Source: an uncultured delta proteobacterium (GTDB taxonomy: Bacteria; Desulfobacterota; RBG-13-43-22). From it: a stretch of DNA of 64,000 bases. Made by a program: the position numbers and the translations under genes. The notes beneath the pieces were generated by a model. The model was given only the letters and a program-made list of their open reading frames with translations, did no database searches and was not told the origin of the DNA. The stretch covers positions 544,001 to 608,000 of the forward strand of contig CAWBOS010000006.1 in assembly GCA_963790475.1 (NCBI GenBank), given 5' to 3'. The stretch's first letter is position 1. Every line of letters starts with the position of its first letter. Below, piece after piece: positions 49,774 through 59,016 of the stretch.

Positions 49774-51279
49774 CTATTTTTGAAAAATTTTCCCCTTCGT
49801 TCGTCCTGTATCGGATATATACTCAGAAATCCTTGCCTGTTCAGAAGGCAAATCTTTAATTATATTAAAATGTGTTCTGAGATAATCTCGGTTAAGGTTT
49901 GTTTCTTCTATATCCCAATGCAAAACCCTTGCGATTACCCTTTCCAGAATGCACAACATATGCTCCTTGGCCATAAATAGCGCTCCAACCAAATCCCGGG
50001 GAAAGGGATCTCCATGAATAAGATTGTTCCTAATATCGACAAGTCCTGCTACCTCTCTTTCACGGAATATCGGCCATAAATCCGAAAGGTCGACTGAATA
50101 TTTCTCACAAAACACCTCAAACGCTTCTCGAAGAGACACACGATTCAATTCGTTAAGTTTTCGGTTAATAGATTTCCTTTGTTCATTTCCAAGCTTAGGG
50201 TTTCTCGAGTTTTTAATACATTCCTCGAGATACAATCTTAAAGCAGACCAGTCTTTTTTTGATAAAACAAATTCAATATTTTCCCTCCTTCTGAAATCAA
50301 GGATGAGCGTTTCAAGCCCTGAGAACATTCTCAGGAAGGAAGCTTCTATCGTATGTGGCGTTACTGGCGAAATGGAATAAAGGGCGTTACGAAGTGATAA
50401 CTTATTCTCGAACTGCAAGAATATTGGATAACATGTATTCATAAATTTTTCAAATAATTGGATATCTATTACACCATCATTAAATCTTTTTTCATTATCA
50501 TTCTCAGGGAATATGTAGTTTCCTCGGTAAAAAGTCGTGTACGCACTATTATCGCTGGCGGTCCATCCAGAGCAGACTGTCCTTTGCCTTGCGGCAAATG
50601 ATGCGATAAGCAGGAAGTCATCAATAACCTGCAATACGCTATTTTTCAGTTTTGTTGTATCATCAGCGGGAATATCCAGTTCTGTACACGCGGCTAAAAA
50701 AGACCACTGTATTAAATCGCCATTTTTGGCGGTTTTATCTTTAAAATGCTTTTCAAATACAAGTCTGACGTTATCTTTTATTGTGAATTCAAGGTTCTTT
50801 ACCATCTCATTTTTAATTTCACCTGTGTACAACCTGGAACGTGCCATTAAGGGAGGTGTTAGTAGCCAATTCGGGCTGATCCAGAAAACTATCCTGGTTT
50901 TCATCTGATCATCATCATTTCTAAGATGATGGATAATGTGGAGGTCATGTGGATCGCCAGGGATGGTAATCTCAGGTTTACCATCACCCCAGTATTTTGT
51001 TGAACTTTTTGAAAAATAGATTTCGGGTGCTTCAATAGTAGTTTCGATCTTTTTGTCAAAATCGTAAACGTAGGCCTTTAGCGCTCCTCTATGGGAATCC
51101 ATTATTTTGGTTCCATCTTCTTTCGAAGGTTTAAGTACAACATAAGGTCTATCTTGGATTCTTTCAGGTAAGAATATCTTGCATGGCACGTCATTAATTT
51201 CAACGCCATTCATAACCAATGTGGCTTTGACAAGATAATTTTCTTCGCGGTCAAGTTCTGATATCTTGGTATCTCTCAA
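49774..51279 (-). CDS. ApeA-like HEPN protein (large N-terminal domain + C-terminal HEPN)
   Basis: FLRMFSGLETL...IRNNLIHG (RxxxxH); 501 aa; AT-rich. Confidence 0.7.
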   Translation of the reverse strand: MRDTKISELDREENYLVKATLVMNGVEINDVPCKIFLPERIQDRPYVVLKPSKEDGTKIMDSHRGALKAYVYDFDKKIETTIEAPEIYFSKSSTKYWGDGKPEITIPGDPHDLHIIHHLRNDDDQMKTRIVFWISPNWLLTPPLMARSRLYTGEIKNEMVKNLEFTIKDNVRLVFEKHFKDKTAKNGDLIQWSFLAACTELDIPADDTTKLKNSVLQVIDDFLLIASFAARQRTVCSGWTASDNSAYTTFYRGNYIFPENDNEKRFNDGVIDIQLFEKFMNTCYPIFLQFENKLSLRNALYSISPVTPHTIEASFLRMFSGLETLILDFRRRENIEFVLSKKDWSALRLYLEECIKNSRNPKLGNEQRKSINRKLNELNRVSLREAFEVFCEKYSVDLSDLWPIFREREVAGLVDIRNNLIHGDPFPRDLVGALFMAKEHMLCILERVIARVLHWDIEETNLNRDYLRTHFNIIKDLPSEQARISEYISDTGRTKGKIFQK

Positions 51280-51308
51280 AATATATCCTTTATATTGAGG
51301 GATTCTAT

Positions 51309-52631
51309 CTATCTCAAAATCCTCTCAGAGATTTTGATCACCGGTTCATCGTTCGGGTCCTGGGGGATGAGTTCGCCGCGAAAGGCTTTGGTCAGAATGG
51401 ATTGGGTGAGTTTGTCCACCTGGGCCTTTGCCTTCTGGTAACGAGCCTCAATGCGGTCGGCGAGGGCAAAGAGTTCTTCCATCCGCCGGACGATTTCATG
51501 TTGTTCTTCCTTGGGAGGGACAGGGATAGGGAAGTTGGCTACGTCGGCCAGACTCAGGTTTGCCCGTGCCACGTCAACTTTTTCAGCATGCATGTGGTCT
51601 ATAAGTGAGGGCGAATTTAAAACGTAGAGAATATATTTTCCGAGGACATTTTTCCTTAGTCTAATCAGGGCTACTGCTTGATTTATGTTTGCCAATTCGG
51701 GAGATTCAAATATGGCTGACCTTCCTATTGAAGCCCCCACAATATTGGTCAATAGGTCTCCGATCTTTAGAACGGATTTCGGTTGAATATCATTAATTTT
51801 TAATTCAACGTATTTCTTTTTATCCTCTAAAAGCATCTTGCCATTTCCGATATTTTCACTGGTTACAAAAAGAACTCCCCGGTCAGTATATTCTACTCCC
51901 TGCCACTTTGGAGATGCACCTTTTGTGATTAAAGTGGAAAGGTCAGCAAGAGGAAGAATAGACCAAGATTGCGGCAGATCGTTTTCCGTTATATCTTCCT
52001 TCCTCCAATCTGTCGTGAGGCGGCCGGAGCAGGCGGTGGCGAGGACGGATTGGCGAAATCGTTTGAGGAGGATGGCAATCTTTTCAAGACGTGTCCGGCT
52101 GGATTCGACTTTCTCCAGAAGTTTTTCCAGCTTTGCTACGATACGGCGCTGCTCTGCCCATGGAGGAAGAGGAATTTTTGACTCTCGAATAAAGGAAACG
52201 GGTACGCGTAGTTGCCCAGCCGTCCCTGTAAAATTCTGCGCTGCATTACGTCGAAACGACTCCTGATGAATGAAAAAGTAAATATATTTTGGGGCTATAC
52301 CTTCTTTCGGTCGAAGAACATGGAGCTCAGTCGTGCCGCAACCCAAGCCGTTTCGTAGCCCACTTGCAACAGCGGCTTTGCCATTCTCCATGCAAGGCGT
52401 TATCTTGGCAAATAAGACATCTCCTTCAGCGAAATGGGTGTAACCTTTTCGCACCTTACCTAACGGCCTCTCTTCTTCGAATTTGAATCGATAGTCAAAT
52501 TCACTCAAAGCGGGCATCGGCGCAAACGTAACGGGCAAAGAATTATCAAGATTCGTGGGATGGCGCGGATTAATTTGAGTGATACTCTCCAGACTGGCGA
52601 TTGTCCACCCTACCGGCAATTCTTGATTCAT
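51309..52631 (-). CDS. hsdS: Type I RM specificity subunit
   Basis: LPVGW, two TRDs, IPLPPWAEQRRIV / PVPPKEEQHEIV repeats, AFRGELIPQDPNDEP. Confidence 0.95.
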   Translation of the reverse strand: MNQELPVGWTIASLESITQINPRHPTNLDNSLPVTFAPMPALSEFDYRFKFEEERPLGKVRKGYTHFAEGDVLFAKITPCMENGKAAVASGLRNGLGCGTTELHVLRPKEGIAPKYIYFFIHQESFRRNAAQNFTGTAGQLRVPVSFIRESKIPLPPWAEQRRIVAKLEKLLEKVESSRTRLEKIAILLKRFRQSVLATACSGRLTTDWRKEDITENDLPQSWSILPLADLSTLITKGASPKWQGVEYTDRGVLFVTSENIGNGKMLLEDKKKYVELKINDIQPKSVLKIGDLLTNIVGASIGRSAIFESPELANINQAVALIRLRKNVLGKYILYVLNSPSLIDHMHAEKVDVARANLSLADVANFPIPVPPKEEQHEIVRRMEELFALADRIEARYQKAKAQVDKLTQSILTKAFRGELIPQDPNDEPVIKISERILR

Positions 52632-54043
52632 TCCTCCACGCCCTCTTCCTTATCCAGCAATTCCACTATATCCCTCAAACCATCCACCACCGCTTCCAAT
52701 TCCGTTATTGCCTCAGCGGCCAGGTCCTGCGGTTCGGGCAGGTCATTGGCGTCTTCGATGGATTCGTCTCTGAGCCAGGTTATGTCGAGCTTGTAGTTAC
52801 GGTCTTTGATGTCTTTTGTATGAAATCTTCTGAACCGGCCCTGTTCGCTGGTATCTTTTCTTTTGCTTTGTCCGTTGGGGTCTTTACCGTAAGCTGCCTC
52901 GAATTCGGCAAAGTGTTCCGGTGTCAGAGGGCGTTCCTTTTTGGTGATGCCGGGGACATTGGAGCGGGCATCGAATATCCAGACATGCTCCGTTTTTATG
53001 CCTTTTTGGAAAAAGATGACATTGGCTTTTACGCCGGGGCTGTAGGGGGTAAAGGTCCCCCTGGGCAGACGCAGAATGGTGTGGAGATTGCAGTCTTGCA
53101 TGAGGATTTCAAAAACCTCACCTGCTTTGTCTTCAAAAAGGCAGTTGTCGGGTAGGACAATGGCTGCCCGGCCTCCTTCCTTGAGGATATTCATGACATG
53201 CTGGACAAAATTGAGCTGTTTGTTGCTGGTGGCAATGGTAAAGTCATCCCGCTCCGGGGCCTGATTGGCCCCCTTGGTGCCGAAAGGTGGATTGGTCAGG
53301 ACGCAACTGTGCAGTTTTCCCCGGTAGGGTTCATAGATAGCGTCCCCGAGATAGATATGAGGTTCCAGGCCATGAAGAAAAAGGTTCATCAGGGAAAGAC
53401 GTCTGGGACGGGGCACCAGCTCCTGTCCGTAATAGGTCTTGGTCTTTATCCGTTTGGCCTTATCCCGTTCGATGGCCCCTCCGGTGATCTCCATTAGCCA
53501 CTCATAAGCGCACATCAGAAAGCCCCCAGTGCCGCAGGCCGGGTCACAGATGGTGAATTCCGGGTTGGACCGGGGATCGGGCTTCATGACCCGGACAATG
53601 GATTTGATCAGGACCCTGGGGGTGAAGTATTGTCCTGCACCCTTCTTACCCTCGCTGGCCGCCTTTTCCAGAAGACCTTCGAAGGCCGCCCCTTTGACAT
53701 CGACATCGAGGGCCGACCACTCTTCTACATCGATCATGGTAATGAGACGCTTGAGATTTACCGGATTATTAAAGCGGGGTACTGACTGGGTGAAGATGTC
53801 ACCAAGCAGGCCCTTTTCATTACGCAATTTGCGAAGTATCTCCGAGTATAGATCGATCAGGGCCGGGCCGGATTCTTTCTTTAGGGCCTCCCAGGTGCAG
53901 CCATTAGGGATAGTGATCCCTTTTTCGTCGGCCATTTTGAGAAAAAGCAGATAGGTGAGCTGTTCGATGTAATCGCCGTAATCTACGCCGTCATGTCTTA
54001 GAGTGTGACAAAATCCCCAGAGTTTATTGACAATATCCGTCAA
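52628..54043 (-). CDS. hsdM: Type I RM N6-adenine methyltransferase
   Basis: GQYFTPR, DPACGTGG and NPPF motifs. Confidence 0.96.
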   Translation of the reverse strand: MTDIVNKLWGFCHTLRHDGVDYGDYIEQLTYLLFLKMADEKGITIPNGCTWEALKKESGPALIDLYSEILRKLRNEKGLLGDIFTQSVPRFNNPVNLKRLITMIDVEEWSALDVDVKGAAFEGLLEKAASEGKKGAGQYFTPRVLIKSIVRVMKPDPRSNPEFTICDPACGTGGFLMCAYEWLMEITGGAIERDKAKRIKTKTYYGQELVPRPRRLSLMNLFLHGLEPHIYLGDAIYEPYRGKLHSCVLTNPPFGTKGANQAPERDDFTIATSNKQLNFVQHVMNILKEGGRAAIVLPDNCLFEDKAGEVFEILMQDCNLHTILRLPRGTFTPYSPGVKANVIFFQKGIKTEHVWIFDARSNVPGITKKERPLTPEHFAEFEAAYGKDPNGQSKRKDTSEQGRFRRFHTKDIKDRNYKLDITWLRDESIEDANDLPEPQDLAAEAITELEAVVDGLRDIVELLDKEEGVEE

Positions 54044-54055
54044 GGCCGTTCCTTT

Positions 54056-56740
54056 CTATGCGGCCACCGCATAGTTGATGTCGTTAATCCATTTCGCCAG
54101 ATCGTTGTTGAAGACTGTGTTGGCCCTCGTCCGTCCTCCATGCCGTTCAAAAACGGGAAGGGTGTCGAAGTCGCCCAGATCGATGGTCAGGTTCTCAACA
54201 AGGTGATTTCTTATGTATTCAAGCCAGTTCTTTTGTTCTTCGGTAAGGGAAAGGCCGGCGGTTACTTTGGCAACAGCCCGGTCCACCCGCTCCTGGGCCG
54301 AGATAATCGGCTCCTCCTCCCTGGCGGCATGCTTTACCATGGAGATAATATCCGCCAGGGCCTTTTTATAAATCAGCCGATGGGCCTTTTGTAGTTCCTT
54401 CTCGGGAAATCTATTGAGGTTCAATTTCACTCTTAGTTCTTTCAGAACCTCTGCGTTCCATTGCTTCGGCTTTTCAGTTAGAATTTTGATGGCCTCAATC
54501 TGCTCCGGATTTTCCCTTACAAAACGGGCAAAGGCCTCCAGGTAATCTTCGGGTTTCTGATAGTCTGGGCCGACACGGATCATGACATCCGAGGATACGG
54601 TATCCTCTATCTCATATCCCACAACAAAGGTCCGCTTGGCCCGCTCATAATTGACCAGCAAGTCCTGAAAGTCTTTCTGGCGAAGGAGGGCCAGGATATT
54701 GTTAAAATCGCTCTTGATTTTTTCCGGCAACTCTCTGGCAAATTTACCGAGGTCACCATCCGGGATAAAAATACTGAATTTCTCCCGGGCCTGCCCGCTC
54801 ATGGTGCGATCAATGCGGTGGAGCCGCTTGACCAGGACCTTGGTATAATAATCCCGGTCGATGTTCTGATAAATGTTTTCAATGACCTGGGCGATGGGCA
54901 CGGGTTCCTGGCTGGGGATCTGGACATCAAAGTCGGTGGTGTTCTTGAAATATTCAATCAGTGTGCCATCGAAACAATCGAAGATGACAAATTTTTCTTT
55001 ATTGATGAGGTCGCATTTTCTTGTTCCCCGGCCGAGCATCTGCACCCAAAGGATCCTTGACTTGACGGGTCGCAGGAAAACGATGAACTCCAAAGCGGGA
55101 ATATCAACGCCTGTGGAGAGCATATCGACGGTCACCACGATTTTAGGGTTCGGTCGGTTCCTGAACTCCCGTATCTTCTGCAGAGGGCGGTCCACCGTGG
55201 GACTTCCAGTGATCTTCTGGACAAAACTGTCGCCCTGACCGAATTCTTCCCGGCAGATTCGAACGATCTGGTCGGCATGCGAGGTGTGGGGCAGGTCATT
55301 GGAGGCAAAGATGAGCGTTTTAGGAAAACGGCCATATTCATTTTCGTGGGCATAGGCGTATCGGGCGAGCTCTTTGATAATCTTTCGGTTGCTGTCCGGG
55401 GAGGTAATTTTTACCTCAATTTCTTCGGTGGCATACTGGCGCTCATCCTCGAGATGGTCGAAGGTTTCCACTCCGGTATCCGTGTCGATGAGGCCTACCT
55501 GCTCCCCCTCTTTGAGGAAGGCCCCTTTCATGCGCACGTCGGACCTGATCTTGACCGCCTCATAATCGACCAGCCAACCATCAAGCACGGCCTCTTCCAT
55601 CGAGTAACGGTAGATTACTTCATTGAAAAGAGACAGAGTGTGGAGGGCCGGGGTGGCCGTGAGACCAATCTTCACGGCATCGAAATGGTTCATAACGCCT
55701 CGCCAAACGGCATCATCCCTGGCCGTGTATCCGCGGTGACATTCATCGGCGATAATCAGATCAAAGGCATGGATGGGAATGTCCAGCTTATCCGCCTCGT
55801 CTTCATAATCAGGATCACTCCGGTTTTGGGAAAAAGCGGATTCAAATCCAAAGAGATTAATGGCCATCCGTTGGATGGTGGAGACATAGACAAAGGTATG
55901 GGAGGTCTGCGGAGCAGTCAGATAGGCATTGGGCAGCACCTTGGGATCGAAGGGCTTGTCCTCATCGAAATCTTCACGGCGGAAGCGCTGGCTGTAGACT
56001 TCATATTCCTGATCGAACTTATGGCCCCCAGGGGTATTGAAGGAAGCGAATTCCCGAACCGCCTGGGCGGCGAGAGCCCGTCGATCAACCAGAAAGAGAA
56101 CCCGTCGGACGCATTTGGCCTGGAGGAGACGATAGATTTGAGAAACGGTGAGAAAGGTCTTGCCGGTTCCTGTGGCCATAGCCACCAGCATGGACCGCTT
56201 GCCTTGACTGATGGCCGTTTCGATGGCCTTGACGGCCTTTTCCTGGTATGGTCGTATCCCCTCGATATCGATAGGGGTATCTTTTAGATGAGCGTATCTG
56301 GTAGTGCCGTCATTCTCCAAGAATTCTTCGAGGGCCTCGGCGGTGTGAAAATGGAACAACTGACGGGAAAGGTTTTTTTCGTCTCTGACATCAATGTGCC
56401 AGATCACCTCCCCATTGGTAGCGTAAAGAAACGGCACCCGATAACCGTCCCAATTTCCAATACCTTGGAAGACCCCTCTGGCGTACCGCTTGGCTTGTTC
56501 CAGAACACTGTAGGGGCCGACCCCGACCTTCTTGGCCTCGATAATACCGAGCAGCTTGCCCTTCACAAAAAGGGCATAATCAGCCGGGCCGTTGGCAGTG
56601 GGATATTCTTCAACGGCGCACCTTTGGAGGCTTTTAGTATCCAGCCCCTCGGAGTATTTGATAATCTTCCAGGGCGGATGGAGTGACTTCAGTTTTTTAT
56701 CGATTCTTTCTTTTCTGGTTTGCCACTCATATTCAGTCAT
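54056..56740 (-). CDS. hsdR: Type I RM restriction subunit
   Basis: ADY...IIEAKK nuclease motif; ATGTGKT, DECHR, LTATP, QMLGRGTR helicase motifs. Confidence 0.96.
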   Translation of the reverse strand: MTEYEWQTRKERIDKKLKSLHPPWKIIKYSEGLDTKSLQRCAVEEYPTANGPADYALFVKGKLLGIIEAKKVGVGPYSVLEQAKRYARGVFQGIGNWDGYRVPFLYATNGEVIWHIDVRDEKNLSRQLFHFHTAEALEEFLENDGTTRYAHLKDTPIDIEGIRPYQEKAVKAIETAISQGKRSMLVAMATGTGKTFLTVSQIYRLLQAKCVRRVLFLVDRRALAAQAVREFASFNTPGGHKFDQEYEVYSQRFRREDFDEDKPFDPKVLPNAYLTAPQTSHTFVYVSTIQRMAINLFGFESAFSQNRSDPDYEDEADKLDIPIHAFDLIIADECHRGYTARDDAVWRGVMNHFDAVKIGLTATPALHTLSLFNEVIYRYSMEEAVLDGWLVDYEAVKIRSDVRMKGAFLKEGEQVGLIDTDTGVETFDHLEDERQYATEEIEVKITSPDSNRKIIKELARYAYAHENEYGRFPKTLIFASNDLPHTSHADQIVRICREEFGQGDSFVQKITGSPTVDRPLQKIREFRNRPNPKIVVTVDMLSTGVDIPALEFIVFLRPVKSRILWVQMLGRGTRKCDLINKEKFVIFDCFDGTLIEYFKNTTDFDVQIPSQEPVPIAQVIENIYQNIDRDYYTKVLVKRLHRIDRTMSGQAREKFSIFIPDGDLGKFARELPEKIKSDFNNILALLRQKDFQDLLVNYERAKRTFVVGYEIEDTVSSDVMIRVGPDYQKPEDYLEAFARFVRENPEQIEAIKILTEKPKQWNAEVLKELRVKLNLNRFPEKELQKAHRLIYKKALADIISMVKHAAREEEPIISAQERVDRAVAKVTAGLSLTEEQKNWLEYIRNHLVENLTIDLGDFDTLPVFERHGGRTRANTVFNNDLAKWINDINYAVAA

Positions 56741-56850
56741 GTGGGACCCTTTAATAAGGCTTGAAAGGGGGAGTTGATAACAGGGTTTTCGAGGCTAACC
56801 TGTCTCACTTGTCGGGCTCCTGAAAGAGGAAATATTTAGTTGATACAAAG

Positions 56851-58257
56851 GAGCCTCTTGCAAAAGTCTATTTTTAGGGAATAGACAAGCATAAAGAGTG
56901 AGCCTCAGCGGTGGTTCTGTGTTAAGATGATGTTTAGAAAGAACACAAAAAAACACAGGAGACACCGATGAAGCTCTGGAAAAAAGTATCATGGTTAAGG
57001 GGTAGATTGCAACAAGGTTTATTTTCCGATTTAGAAGAATGTTGGGAACAGCCTTTGACTGAAAAAGAGGAACGGCTGGTGACGATATTGGAACTGGTTG
57101 AGGTTGAAAGATATGTTCCCCGGAGTTCTTTAAATCAGTGGATGGGGAGGAAGATCCTTGAGCGCCAAGCGATAGCGCGGGCTTTTGTGGCCAAGACGGT
57201 CTATAACCATTCCTTCACCAGATCAACCATTGAACATTTGAAAACGACGTCTAATGTAAGACGCATCTGCGGGTTCGAAAAGGTATCCGACATTCCCTCT
57301 GAGGCCACTTTTTCCAGGGCCTTTGCGGAGTTTGCCGAAGGGGGGCTTGGCGAAAAAGTTCACGAAGCCCTGGTGGAACGTTGTTTAAAGCCGGAACTGG
57401 TTGGTCATATATCCCGAGACGCAACGGCCATAGAAGGTCGGGAAAAGCCGACTAAGAAGCCTGTAAAAGAAAAGCCTGCGCCGAAGAAGAGAGGACGTCC
57501 AGTCAAGGGAGAACTCCGTGATTCCAAGGAAGACAAACGCTTGACCAGGCAACGAGAGCAATCAGTTGAAGAGGCCTTAAAAGAATTGCCGGTTTACTGC
57601 GACGTAGGGACCAAGAAGAACTCCAAAGGGTACAAAGAGACCTGGGTCGGGTATAAACTCCATGCCGATGTTAATGATTGCGGATTGCCGGTGAGTGTCG
57701 TCTTGACCGCAGCATCGCTTCATGACAGCCAGGTCGCTATACCGTTAATGAAGATGACTAGTTCCAAGGTGGATTATCTTTATGATTTGATGGATGCCGC
57801 TTATGACGCTGGATCTATCTATGCAATCAGCAGAGCTCTGGGACATGTGCCCATTATCGACAAGAACTTCCGCGGTAAGGATGTGATCCCTATGGCTCCC
57901 CACGAGGCCAGAAGATTTAATGGAAGGACAGCATCAGAACGGTTCAATAGCCGGTTAAAAGAAGAGTTCGGTGCCAAGAATGTCATGGTCCGAGGAGCCT
58001 TGAAAGTCAATCTCCATCTCATGTTTGGCGTCCTGGCGCTCTTTGCGGATCAGTTGATAAAGTTGGCTTCCTGAGTAAATTTTCAAAGAACGGGGTGAAA
58101 AGTTCAGGTCAGGAGGAGAACTATGCCTGAAAATTGTTACCAAAGTCTCAAATCTGACTATCGTCGTTAAGAAAGACCCAAAATTCCTAAATCGACTGGG
58201 ATAACCGCCTGCTGATATATTTCATCATGCAGTTTTTATAAGTTTTGCAAAAGGTTC
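56851..58257 (+). mobile_element. IS5/IS1182-like insertion sequence, 1407 bp, 4-bp target duplication AAAG
   Basis: Imperfect 17-bp IRs GAGCCTCTTGCAAAAGT / AGTTTTGCAAAAGGTTC; AAAG at 56847-50 and 58258-61. Confidence 0.88.
56968..58074 (+). CDS. DDE transposase
   Basis: PSEATFSR, RDATAIE, GYKLH, MDAAYD, RTASERFNSRLK. Confidence 0.93.
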   Translation: MKLWKKVSWLRGRLQQGLFSDLEECWEQPLTEKEERLVTILELVEVERYVPRSSLNQWMGRKILERQAIARAFVAKTVYNHSFTRSTIEHLKTTSNVRRICGFEKVSDIPSEATFSRAFAEFAEGGLGEKVHEALVERCLKPELVGHISRDATAIEGREKPTKKPVKEKPAPKKRGRPVKGELRDSKEDKRLTRQREQSVEEALKELPVYCDVGTKKNSKGYKETWVGYKLHADVNDCGLPVSVVLTAASLHDSQVAIPLMKMTSSKVDYLYDLMDAAYDAGSIYAISRALGHVPIIDKNFRGKDVIPMAPHEARRFNGRTASERFNSRLKEEFGAKNVMVRGALKVNLHLMFGVLALFADQLIKLAS

Positions 58258-58276
58258 AAAGGGGTTTAATAATTAA

Positions 58277-58936
58277 TCAACAACCCTCCATGGCCTTCCT
58301 GAATCTGGCGATCGTCTCCCGGTAATCCGGGGTATGAAAGACGGCCGAGCCGGCTACGACCACATCGGCCCCGGCCTTGCAAACCAAAGCGACGTTGTCC
58401 GGCGTTATTCCCCCGTCCACTTCGATTTCCACGGAAAGTTTTCTGGTGGTGATCATTTGTTTAAGGGCTTGAATCTTTTTCACGGCACCGGGGATAAATT
58501 TCTGGCCCCCGAATCCGGGATTGACGCTCATGATTAAGACGATATCCACCTCGGTTAAGATCTGATCAAGAAAGGAAATTGGGGTGGAGGGATTAATGAC
58601 CACCGCCGGTTTGACCGAATGTTCCCGGATCAGGGAGACTGAGCGGTGAAGGTGCGGGCAGGTCTCAAAGTGCACCGCCAGGATATCGGCCCCGGCTTTG
58701 GCAAAGTCAGGAATATAGCGGTCCGGATTTTCGATCATCAAATGGACATCCAAAGGAATTTTAGTGACCCTGCGAACGGCTTCCACCACCACCGGTCCAA
58801 TGGTGATATTGGGCACAAAATGGCCGTCCATAACGTCGACATGAATGTAATCGGCTCCGGCCGCTTCCACGGCCTGCACTTCTTCTTTCAATCTGCCGAA
58901 ATCGGCGGACAGTATGGAGGGGGCAATACGTTTCAT
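58277..58936 (-). CDS. rpe: Ribulose-phosphate 3-epimerase
   Basis: IAPSILSADF, HVDVMDGHFVPN, MSVNPGFGGQ, EVDGG. Confidence 0.97.
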   Translation of the reverse strand: MKRIAPSILSADFGRLKEEVQAVEAAGADYIHVDVMDGHFVPNITIGPVVVEAVRRVTKIPLDVHLMIENPDRYIPDFAKAGADILAVHFETCPHLHRSVSLIREHSVKPAVVINPSTPISFLDQILTEVDIVLIMSVNPGFGGQKFIPGAVKKIQALKQMITTRKLSVEIEVDGGITPDNVALVCKAGADVVVAGSAVFHTPDYRETIARFRKAMEGC

Positions 58937-59016
58937 AATCACCTCTTTTATTAAGGGCTTCGTAAAAAGCCCATTTTTAAGTCTCTCTATTTCTTGCTTG
59001 ATTTCTTACAGGAGTT

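Noticed and set aside
49699-51383. hsdS phase-variation shufflon
   Set aside because: The repeats are direct rather than inverted, there is no spare TRD and no invertase gene
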